This document shows positions 11,239 through 22,500 of a stretch of DNA of 44,609 nucleotides, piece after piece. The stretch's first letter is position 1, and every line of letters starts with the position of its first letter. The position numbers and the translations under genes were made by a program. The stretch is taken from contig PS015301.1 of the NCBI GenBank assembly GCA_048213135.1, positions 1 through 44,609 of the forward strand, given 5' to 3'. Source of the stretch: Reclinomonas americana ATCC 50394 (Eukaryota). The notes under the pieces are model-generated. The model was not told the origin of the DNA. It saw only the letters and a program-made list of their open reading frames with translations, and did no database searches.

Positions 11239-14200
11239 CTAACTATGAACCACGGCAGTCGCCGGTTCGTCGCCGAGACACACTGGGCACACGCTGTTGG
11301 CGAGACACCGCCGGTGCATGAGACTGCCGCAGCGGCAGGTGGTGACCTCGCGCACTTGGAAGGAGAACAGACGGTCGTTGACGTCGCGGCAAATGCGACA
11401 TACCTGGCCCCTGCTTCCACAATACTGCGCTCCGCAACACAGTGAGTGCACGCGAAACAGCAACAACAACAACAACAACAACACACCCGACAGTTCTTCA
11501 GCACGTGCTTTGTCATGCGCGAGTGCAGGTCTTCCAATTGCGGCAGCAGCGTCCCCGAGCTGCGACGACTGCTTGAGTACCTTTTTTTCTCGGTGTTCAT
11601 CCCTTCGCTCTCCCACACGCAACTGGAGATCCTGCAGATCCTGCAACGAGAAAATCTCCGTGCCAGAGATGAGGTGTGGACGGCTCGAGATGTGGGAGAA
11701 GAAGCTGCAATGATCCGCGCCAGTCAGTTCCATCAGAAACACATAACCTCAAGCGATCGTGTCTCGTCACCTCTCCGCATGAGAGCATCCCTGAATGGTC
11801 TCGGCAAGCGGACTGATTTCCGCACGCAGCATCTGCTCAACCATCCACCGTCAGGCATACACACGAGCGAGAAAAGCAGCAGAAAGAGCATGTCAACGCA
11901 CTCTGCAGCGTTGCAGCTCTGGCACCGTGTCAAAGAGTTCTGGGTTGACGGCGGACAAACACAGCACCGGATCGGAGAACATGGAGCTCAGGAATTCGTA
12001 CGCCATGTCGCACACGCATCCACTGCGCAGCGGAATGCACAGTGATGAGAAAGAGAGAGAGAATTCTCTTATCTCTCTCTTCTTTCCAGAAACACAAAAT
12101 CTTAAATCCCACGCATCTGCAGGCATGCGCTCCCTCTTTCCATCCTCTCCCTTCCCCTCCCTCCCTCCCTCCCGCATCGTGACTCACGGTCGGAAATCCC
12201 ACTTCATCACCACGCGTCCCGGAATAATGTGCCTCTTGTCCGTGTGGCACGACCGACAGCACAACCGTGCCGTGTACTCGCACAGCCGAGGTTTGCCAAA
12301 CATGGCGTTGGCTGCAGCACCACAAGCATGTCAAACTCACCTCTCCACGCACACACACGGGATCAGCGACACAGACTCACGCTTCTTGATGTGCTTGCCA
12401 CACACAGCGCACATGTGGCGCTGCGCTTGGTACACGAACCGGCGGTCGACCACCGTCTTTGACGGATCCAGGTAGTGGATGCGCAACTGCAGCGTCGATT
12501 AGTACGCAATGACAGAAAAAATAGTGGAGACTCGCTGCGCGCCCGGAACTCTCTTGGACTCCGGTGTTCGCGGGTCCCAGTCCACATCCGAACCGAGGGC
12601 CTCCCACACGTCGGCTGGGGGGAGCAACAAGCAAGAATCAATACATACATGGGCGCCGTCGCGCACGCGTGCGTACCACACTCACTCACCAACAATGCCA
12701 GCCCGTTCGAACCCGCCGTCAAACTGGCTAGCAGCGTCGTACTGACTCTCTGCATCCAACGCCGCTCCCCAGTCGCCCGACGCGTTGTGTGACGACAGTG
12801 CATCATCACCAGCATCAGCCTCGTCGCCCTCGTTCCAGCCGCTAAACGGGTCCACCTCGGCCGCTTCATCCTCTGCCACCAGCCAGTCAGCGAAATCCAC
12901 TCTTGACACGCCAGTACATCTCTCTGTTCACAAACCGAGCATGTCCCACGAAGAACTGAGGCCAACTGCGGACGCCGCAGCGGCCGCTCCCGCTGTCTGC
13001 GCCACGCCTCGTTGGCCGCCACTGCGGTGAGCGGCACCCGCGACTCGCCCACTAAAGTCGTCGTAGTCTTCCGCGTCATCCACAGTCTCCGCACCTTCTG
13101 CCTCGTCATACCCCGCATCGTCGTCACCTTCGTCGTCGCCCTCCTCTCCAGTTGCACGGCGCAGCTGAGCATGCACGCAGTTGAAAAGTCAGTACCGCAG
13201 GCCGCGGAGACAATGAGTGTGCATTGTCGCGCACCGTGGAGTCGGGAACGGTAACCTGGCTCTGACCAGCAGGGTACCAGTCGGAGAACGGAGAAATGTA
13301 CACAGGAGCCACCGAGTCTTCCGGCTCCCGCAGCAACAGCTCCTTCAGTGCGTCGGGATGCTTGAATCCGGTAATGTGAAGCGCCGAGTACGCCCCCGCC
13401 TGTGCCGGTAGGTACACACAGGTCACAATGTGCATCCAAACACAAATGGCAGCACGGCAACAAACCTCTGAGCTCTCCGCCGCAGTGTCTTCACTGCCGA
13501 CACTGTCCGACTCAGTGATAGACGGAGGAGCGGCTGTTGACATTACCGAGTCGGTCGGCATTTCTGCGTGATGCTCGCCCTTCTTTTCGGGTCGAGCGGC
13601 TGCAGCGGCGGCGGCCAGCGCCATCGGCGATCGATAATCCACTGACGATGCTACTGCGCCTGACGAGTGGAAGCAGATGAGTGACGTGAGCACACGCACA
13701 CACACACACACACACTCCCACACCCAGTACACAAGCAGACAAACCAGCAGATCTCTCTGTCGTCGGCAGCAAAGGTGGCTCACTGTAGGCGGTGCCCAGA
13801 TCGCTGTCGTCCTCAAACATAGCGTCATGCACCTCCTCGACCTCTTCCACCTCCTCCTCACCCTCCTCCGCGTCACCACTCTCGGTGGCACTTGCGGTAG
13901 CGTGGTGATCCACACCATTTGCGGCAGCGTGCTGTACAGGTTTGCTACCGACCAGATCGAAGCTGGTCTTGAGGGAAGAGGACAGGCGGGCTGGTGGCTC
14001 CTCAGTCGGAACCAACACCGATGTGTGCACTCGCATGCTTTGCGCTGTTCACATGTGTGTGCATGTCAGGATCATGCGGGTCTGAAAGGGATGATCTCAG
14101 CACGCAATGTGCGCAACGTCGCTGCGAATCACTTGCGGGGGGTATGCGGAAGCTCTGGCCGGCCTTCCATGACGAGCGTGTCTGCATACCGCGACGTGTC

Positions 14201-15647
14201 AGTCACAGGCACCTTCTGCCAAGTAGTGCAGCAAACGTACGCACCGATTCCAACTCCTGTCGCTCCTGCTGCAACGCATACCGCATCTGCACCAGCTCTC
14301 GTTCTTCCACGTGCAGTTTCTGTTGCAGAGCCTCTAGTCTCTGCCGCGTCCCCCCACCCACACACACTCATGGTTGTCAGAGTGGAGATGGCATGAGCGA
14401 TTCACGCAGACAGACACAAACACACACCGCCCGCTCCATGGACGACTGTCTCTCGAATTCCTGCTTCTCTCGGGCAAGAGCACGACTCACTGTCGTCACG
14501 CGAGTGCTGCAGTAGATCGTGAGCCAGCACAGCTCACTGGTGGCAACGCGACAGTGCACAAACGCAACTGCGACAGCATCTCGTCGAATTCGGGACAGTA
14601 CTTGGCGAGGGCGGTGGGCGGCACTGACCGCCTCAGTGAAGCGCACCGCTGACGGTAGTTGTCGAGACGTGCACTTAGCGTCTGCGTGTTCACAGCCATT
14701 GAGCAAGCTGGGAGAACAACATAATCAGAGTGCCAAAGCACCGACCTCAATTGCCGCCAACCCAAAATGGTCCGCCAGCGCAGCCGCCGACTCGAGGTGC
14801 ATAGAGTCGGCGCTGATTGCATGGTCGAGAGACGCAGCAAGCTGTGCATGCACGAAACGATCGACTACAAGGCGAAGCGCTGAGGCGGCCTCCTGCGCGA
14901 CGAGAGTGGAAGAGTTGGGTGAAATGAGCAAAGATCAGAATCGACTGCAACCAAACGCACCAACACAACCGCCGTCGGCACGGCAGGCGCAACGACGACA
15001 GGTGGTGATGGTGGTGCTGCTGCTGATGATGATGAAAAAGATACTGATGATACCACTGGTGCTGGTGCTGCTGGTGGTGGTGGTGCTGCTGCTACTGTCG
15101 TAGGAGGGGGTGCGCGCACTTCGACCTGCACCACCGGTGTCGGCACCGGCGTCGGTCGAGTCTCCTCGTGCGGCACGTGAGGTGCGGGCTCGTGCACAGT
15201 AGCCTTCACAGGCACTGGTGCTGGCGTTGAAGACGGAGCGCTGTCCTTCACTGGCAGTGGTGGCGGCGGTGCCGACGGCTGCACCGTCGTGGTCATGCTG
15301 GCCGAAGGCAGCTCAGCTTTCCGAGAGGACGACTTGTGTGGTGGTGATCCTGCACTGGACTCTGAGGCACCTATACCTTGACGAGTGAACTCAAGAGTGT
15401 TTTCACATGCGCATGTGTGTGTGTGTGTTGAACAACGCACCACCATCCAGTTGCACCACTCGCCGCTTGGCCTTCTTCTTGCCAGTGGATTTGCGCGTCG
15501 CAACCACTGCTTCCCCATTCACCGAGGCCTCCAGCACGCCAGTGCCGTCTGGCGACTGCAGTGGCGAGGGCGCGACAGGCGGCGAAGGAGTGGGGGACTC
15601 GGGCGGCGCAGCGGATGCCGCGGTGGCGAGGGCGGATGCCGGCGTTG
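11239..15647 (-). CDS. Rubicon/PLEKHM1/DEF8-family protein with a C-terminal Rubicon-homology (DUF4206) zinc domain; 5' part interrupted by a gap
   Basis: C-terminal exons encode QRHMCAVCGKHI, PRLCEYTARLCCRSCH.DKRHIIPGRVVMKWDF and CGSRGQVCRIC...LFSF...CRCGSLMHRRC...CPVC, the RH-domain pattern. Upstream are Pro/Ser-rich, coiled-coil and acidic regions. TAG stop at 11239-11241. Confidence 0.85.
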
Positions 15648-16249
15648 NNNNNNNNNNNNNNNNNNNNNNNNNNNNNNNNNNNNNNNNNNNNNNNNNNNNN
15701 NNNNNNNNNNNNNNNNNNNNNNNNNNNNNNNNNNNNNNNNNNNNNNNNNNNNNNNNNNNNNNNNNNNNNNNNNNNNNNNNNNNNNNNNNNNNNNNNNNNN
15801 NNNNNNNNNNNNNNNNNNNNNNNNNNNNNNNNNNNNNNNNNNNNNNNNNNNNNNNNNNNNNNNNNNNNNNNNNNNNNNNNNNNNNNNNNNNNNNNNNNNN
15901 NNNNNNNNNNNNNNNNNNNNNNNNNNNNNNNNNNNNNNNNNNNNNNNNNNNNNNNNNNNNNNNNNNNNNNNNNNNNNNNNNNNNNNNNNNNNNNNNNNNN
16001 NNNNNNNNNNNNNNNNNNNNNNNNNNNNNNNNNNNNNNNNNNNNNNNNNNNNNNNNNNNNNNNNNNNNNNNNNNNNNNNNNNNNNNNNNNNNNNNNNNNN
16101 NNNNNNNNNNNNNNNNNNNNNNNNNNNNNNNNNNNNNNNNNNNNNNNNNNNNNNNNNNNNNNNNNNNNNNNNNNNNNNNNNNNNNNNNNNNNNNNNNNNN
16201 NNNNNNNNNNNNNNNNNNNNNNNNNNNNNNNNNNNNNNNNNNNNNNNNA

Positions 16250-17055
16250 GAATGGACATGACACCGTGCCCAATGTCGACCAACTCGACGGCACTCGCAC
16301 TCTCCCGCTCCGACACCGCCTTGTTGAACTCGCGTCCAAAGTCGCCCTCCGCCGCACGCAGCTCGTCAATCACCACTCCCACACGTCCGCCCAGCTGGCC
16401 CACCACCTCCACAATCTTCTCCGTCATCTCGGCCACATTGCGCGCGTACGACACCACGTTGTAGGTGACGCCTTCCACTGGTCCACCGGCGCTGGCCAGC
16501 GGCGCAAAGTGCTTGGCTGCGTGCGATGATGGGAAGGTGATGAGAGAATGGATGAGAGAGAGAGAGAGAGAGAGAGAGCGGATCTCACACAGGGACTCTC
16601 TATGCATCTCTCTCCCTCACACGCACACACACAACAAACAAGCACCCTTTCCCTCCCTCTCTCTCACTGCATCCCTCCCTCGTACCTTTGGTGGCACTGG
16701 TGAGCAACGTGACTCGACTGTCGCCGCGATGCACAATTACGGCTGTCTCCGGCAACTCGTACTGGAACAAGAACAAGTGCGTCATTCCAACGCGCGTGGA
16801 CACTTGCACCTCTTGTGTGTCGACTTTGCCGAGCGGAAACACCAGAATGTCGGCATCGCCCCACTGACCGGTGTGTGACTGCAGAGAGAGGGAGGAGGAG
16901 GAAGGGAAGAAGAGAGAGAAAGTGTGTGCGTGTGAGCAGGGAGAGGGCGAGGAGACAGGGGAGGGGGAGTTCACGTTGGACATGTCGGAACAAACCTGCC
17001 AGTGATCGATAAGCAGGCGCACTTTGACGGCCACGGCCTCTGTGTTGACTGGCAT
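16250..17055 (-). CDS. SPT16: FACT complex subunit SPT16, N-terminal lobe (3 exons), on a contig that appears inverted
   Basis: Encodes MPVNTEAVAVKVRLLIDHWQ|...HLFLFQYELPETAVIV...LLTSATK|AKHF...GRVGVVIDE...GDFGREF...VDIGHGV, matching the Spt16 N-lobe pattern. The rest of SPT16 is on the plus strand from about 17922. Confidence 0.8.
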
Positions 17056-17305
17056 TCTCCTACAATGAATGCACTTGAATGCACACGCGCTTTCTCTCGC
17101 GAGTGCAAAGCAAACCCGGGGTGAGCGGGAATTGCATGAGTCACGCATTTGTCCACGAGTGTTGCTCAGCACCACACTTTCTTCCCTTGCATGATCACTC
17201 AGGCTCGCCAACAAATAAACTTAGTTAGTGCGCGAGGACCTGGAAAAGAAGGAGAAGGGAATGAGAACAAAAAAAAAAGTTGAAGAAAAAACATCAAAAA
17301 ATAAG

Positions 17306-17377
17306 CTCTCCCGCCGGGAATTGAACCCGGATCACCTGCGTGACAGGCAGATATCCTAACCATTAGACTACAGGAGA
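17306..17377 (-). tRNA. tRNA-Asp(GTC)
   Basis: TCTCCTGTAGTCTAATGGTTAGGATA-TCTGC-CT-GTC-AC-GCAGG-TGAT-CCGGG-TTCAATT-CCCGG-CGGGAGA-G folds into a 72-nt cloverleaf, with a downstream T-run terminator. Confidence 0.97.
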
Positions 17378-17496
17378 CTTGGTTGGTGATCTCTTCAAAC
17401 CAAGTCCCCGCAGCCGTGACAGCCCTTTGTATGCCGCACTTTGTCCCCCACAAAACACGCACATAACACTTCGTTCACCTCTCTCACTCTCTCACC

Positions 17497-17665
17497 ATGA
17501 GCGACGGTGTCGCCACTTTGCTTGACGACCTCACGCAAGCAGTGCGCGATGTCGCGTCTGTGGCCGCAGCCGAGAGTGCCGGCACTGTGCTCGATGAGTC
17601 GTGTGAGGCACTCATGCGCCTCTATCGCCTGTGTCACGCGGCACTGGCACATGGTCTCAAGAGAG
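17497..17665 (+). CDS. First exon of a RUN-domain protein, probably the 5' end of the Rubicon-family gene at 11239-15647
   Basis: MSDGVATLLDDLTQAVR...LMRLYRLCHAALAHGLKR matches the RUN motif LC..L..(I/A)L.HGLK. GTACGC donor at 17666. Flipping contig 16250-17773 puts it upstream of and co-directional with the RH gene. Confidence 0.7.
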
Positions 17666-17921
17666 GTACGCACATCCTCCCGCACAACACTAACAGAGAG
17701 AGGCACAAGGGAAGGAGAGGATGAAGCGAGAGAGAGAGAAGTGATTCATTTGTTTGTGCGCACATACACACACNNNNNNNNNNNNNNNNNNNNNNNNNNN
17801 NNNNNNNNNNNNNNNNNNNNNNNNNNNNNNNNNNNNNNNNNNNNNNNNNNNNNNNNTTTCCCTCGCTCTCACGCCCACATATTGTAGATTCTGTTGCGCT
17901 GATGCATGCAATCTGTTGCAG

Positions 17922-19386
17922 GCCACGGCAAGCCCGACCTCCGTGTTCATCAAGGAACTCACCTTCCGCGGCGAGAAGGCGCACTTTGAGAAGATCAACC
18001 GTGATGTTCGCGATATGCTGACGCAGCTGCGCCAGCGCGACAAGGAGATGCAGGAAATGGTGAGCGCATGTGTGGGGTTTCTCCCTGTCTTCTGTCGCAC
18101 AAGTTGGAGGCATGACCGAATATGTTGCGGGTGCGTTTGTGCGTGTTAGGCGGATGTGGTGGAGCAACCGGAGTTGGTTGTTGATCGACGTTGCGTTGGC
18201 GGTCATGCATGACTGTCACTTCCTGTTCCACTCTCTCACTCCGATTTCTCTGGTCGTCGCTGCTGCGCAGGCAATCCCATCGTGCTGCGCAATGTCAATG
18301 CGACACCGATGCCGACCAGCAAGAAGCGCCAGGGCAAGACCAAGAATGTGGGTTACCTGGAGGCGCACACAAACGGCTACCGCTACATGGTCAACAATGA
18401 GTCTGTCGGTGCGTACAGCCTATGTTGGGTTTTTTTGGTGGCTGCTGAACTCACCTGCCCTGCAGACATCATGTACCAGAACATCAAGCACGGCTTCCTG
18501 TCGCCGTCGGACTCGCACACCAAGACGCTGCAGCGCACCTCCAAAGTACTTTTGCACTTCAACTTGAAGGACCCCATCATGGTCGGCAAGACCAAGGCGT
18601 TGGACATTCAGGTGTACGCCGATGTGATGGTCGAGGACTCGCTAGGTACGCGAACTCTGGCTGCGTTTGGGTGATCACGTTGGGTGTTGCTCACAATGCC
18701 GTGCACGCAGCCAATGAGCGACGCATGAGTGATGCCACTGCCATGGAGGAGGAAGAGCGTGAGATCAAGAATCGGCGGCAGGTGCTCAAGTTGTTCCAGA
18801 CTTTTGCCGAGAAATCCGAGCAGCGCATCAAGGCTGTGGTGAGTGCCCGCCGATGCGTACGCCTCTTTATCACACACACACACACACACACACGTGTATG
18901 ACGTGCTTTGTGTTGTCGGCTCACACAGAATCCCGGCTTTGCCTTCGAATCACCGTTCCACGATCTCGAATTCGTCGGCGCCGTCAAGGGCTCCATGTCG
19001 CACCTTGCTCCCACCACCAACTGTTTGGTGTCGCTGCAGGAGAGTCCCTTCTTTGTGCTCTCGATCGATGATGTCGAGCTGGCGTCGCTCGAGCGTGTTG
19101 TGGTACGTTTGCGCAAGCGCCACACAAGAATACGCGTGTGCCTTCACTCACGTGCTTGCTGCAGACCGGGCAAAAAACATTTGATATCGTGTACGTGTTG
19201 AAGGATTACACCAAGGATCCCGTGCGAATCGATTCAGTCCCCATGTCGCGTATCGATGACATCAAGAACATTCTCTTGTGCGTGCGTTTTCCGCGTCTCC
19301 ATCCATCATCATCCCTTCTGTTGCTGACAGCACGTACGTGTGTGTGCCTGTGTGCTCTTGCGCTCTGCAGGGGTCTTGGTATGGTG
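17922..19386 (+). CDS. SPT16: FACT complex subunit SPT16, dimerisation and middle domains, partial and multi-exon
   Basis: Encodes VFIKELTFR, GYLEAHTNGYRY, DIMYQNIKHGF, LLHFNLKDPIMVGKTKALDIQVY, FESPFHDLEFVG, PTTNCLVSLQESPFFVLSIDDVELASLERV and KTFDIVYVLKDY across GT-AG introns. Confidence 0.93.
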
Positions 19387-19540
19387 NNNNNNNNNNNNNN
19401 NNNNNNNNNNNNNNNNNNNNNNNNNNNNNNNNNNNNNNNNNNNNNNNNNNNNNNNNNNNNNNNNNNNNNNNNNNNNNNNNNNNNNNNNNNNNNNNNNNNN
19501 NNNNNNNNNNNNNNNNNNNNNNNNNNNNNNNNNNNNNNNN

Positions 19541-22500
19541 ACATGCAAAGAGAGTCCCTGATGCCCACCGCACCTGGTGTTCCATCTGCGCAGCCACAGT
19601 TTCATAGTGTCAGCCAACGTAGCCATCATAGTACAGAAGGCTGCAAATTCCAAACCTCTGCAAGGGCCGGCGGGAAGCTGGTATACAGAGAATCGCACTT
19701 GGTGGCGGCATTCTCGCGATTCAGCTTGTCCTCGAAATGCTCTTTCGACTTGCTCGACAGCGAGAAGCAGATCTTGGGAATGGGGAAGAACACGCGTTCA
19801 AGTCGACGCTTGCGCACGACTTCCACGCGGCCCAACAGCCTCGAGAAGAAGAAGTAGTCGTCAAGCCGCAGACCGAGCTGTTCCATCACAAGATGCATGA
19901 GTCGGGAGACAACGGACAGAAAACACGAGCCTTCACACACACCCTCTTGCTCATGTGTTCATCCTCGGAGAAGAACTGCAGCATGATGAACAGATGCATG
20001 CCGAGATCGAAGCGATGGGACAGGGAGCTGCCGTCGAGTGCGTCGAGTGCGGCGACCAGCGACATGCCGGACGACTCCTTGGTGACGCCTAGCGTACTGA
20101 TAAGCTGCATGCGCAGGACAGATGGTACGTGTTAGCATCAGCAGCCGCACAAGCGCATACCCTCTCACGTACCTCGTCGTGAATTCGATGCATCAGGTCG
20201 CACATGCGTCGTAGGTCGAGCGTGTCGCTAATCAGGTACGCCAGACCACCTAACAGCATCTCACACTGATGAGAAAACGGCATGCTTTTTTTCCTTGATC
20301 AAGCAGTGGGTACTCCACCTGATCCCTCCTGGAGCAGACTGGTCAGCGTGATTACAGCGGCAATCTGCAAACTCGTCACAGCGTCGCTGTCGGGACACTC
20401 GGCGGCGAGGTCATCGTGGAACACCTTATTGATGGCCAGATACAGCTTGGAGGCTGCCACGTTTTGCTGGTTCTCCACTGCGCATCGTTTTTAGAGCCAA
20501 GTAAGTCCACCAGCGCACAAACACAAAACGCTCAGTGCCACTACCACGTCACGCACCGCATGGTCCTTGAATCATGTCGGTAAGAGTGCAAAACACTTGC
20601 GATGCTGCAATTGCCAACACAGAGTGAGCGTGCGCCGAATGCAAGAATTCTTCGACAGCCCTCACCAATGTGCATGTTGGAGCCGTCGATGAAACGCTCG
20701 TGCGAAATGTAGGTGACCACTTCGGAGACAATGTCTACCGACTCCACGACGTCGGGCTGTACCCGCAAGTAGTTCTGCGAAAGGAATCGAAATGCATGAG
20801 TATGATTCATGTCACTATCATGTCGATCGCCATGCACGCACCTGCCACGGGAGATTGTGTCCCTCACAGCACAGTTGCACCAGTCGCAGCACCTGGAGGG
20901 AGTATCCGCGCTCCTGCAGCATAAACNNNNNNNNNNNNNNNNNNNNNNNNNNNNNNNNNNNNNNNNNNNNNNNNNNNNNNNNNNNNNNNNNNNNNNNNNN
21001 NNNNNNNNNNNNNNNNNNNNNNNNNNNNNNNNNNNNACGCGCACAGGTTGTGGATATGATCGCCACTGGCAGCGACGAGCTCGTCAAGGAGGGACTTGAG
21101 TTTGGCATTGCACTTCTTGAGGGCGGCAATGTGCTTGGTGAGCAACATGACGCAAGTGGATCGCATTTTCTCCCGTGCTGAATCATTTCTCTCCGTGCAG
21201 TGCAAGACTCGATGCTGTCGTACCTCATCGAGTCGCGTGCATCGAAGCACGACTTTGTGAAGGAGCTTCGCCGCCGCCTGCGTCTTGGTAGCGAGGAGAT
21301 GAAGGAGAAGCGAGCGTACCTGCGACGACAGCGTGAGAAGAAGAAGGACATGGAGACAATGGGCTCCACATCCACTTCCGCCGATGCCACCGAGCTTATC
21401 GTGGTGCGCCGTCCGCTCAGCAGCGTTACTGCAAGGTGCGATTGCTCGAGCACAGCGGTGTCCATCAACTGCCCACTAATCATTTGACGCGCACAGCTCC
21501 CGAGGTGTCGACGCTGACGACTCCAAGTTCAAGGTGGAGTCGCTTACCGCATGTGCATTCACCACGGTAAATGACTCACGCNNNNNNNNNNNNNNNNNNN
21601 NACGCGTGTGCGCATATGTGAGTACATTTCAGGATAAAAATGTAAGACATCTGAGATTACCAGTCGCGCTGCTCCGAGTCTGCTCAATCGTGTCTGCATG
21701 GCCTGCACTGCCTTGGCACTGTCATTGTCAGCCTCTTTCTCCTTGATGCGAGTGATGGTGCGAGTCAGCACTCGCAAGCACATGGAGTACAAATTGGTCA
21801 TCTTGTCGGTGAGTCCGGTCTCCGACAGAGCCAGCATTTGACTATAGCACGTAGCAGAAATGGTTGATGAGCAGATCCAACTCAGGACGGAAGGGTCTCC
21901 GCATACAAGAAGTACCTCAGCAGCGTGATGAGTCGAGCCGCCTGTACGTCCTGCGTGGCGAAGATGGCGGAGAGGCGATCGAACTCGTCCATCAGACCGG
22001 AGTGAGCCGACCTGTTCACACGAAGCGATCAACAAACACAACTCACATTCTGACTCGCAAGAATACAAGAGAGACATCAGCAAAAACGCACAGACTCAGC
22101 AAAAAGTCGCCAATGTCTTCGGCGAGCGACTCTTCGACCGACATGGTGCTCGTCGCACCCTGACCAGTGCCACCGCGGAACAGCGAGAACGGGAAGTGCT
22201 GTGGCGCATAGAAATGTGAGTAATGAGAGTGTACTCGCTTACAACAAAATCAACGTCACGCGCGCAACTACAGTCGGTGCTGCTCCCGTGTTCTGCAATA
22301 TCAATACAACGGCGGTGAGTCCTCAGTCACTCATCACCAAAGAAAGGTAGCAATGAACGAAACAGAGAATCCAGCCTTGGACATGCTCTGGCGCGCACGG
22401 CTCACTGCGGTCTGCTCGTCCGGTGTCGATGCGAGCAGTTCAATGTGCATCAGCTGATCGGCCAGATCAACATTCAGCTCCAAGTCCGCCGGCCTGAGTT

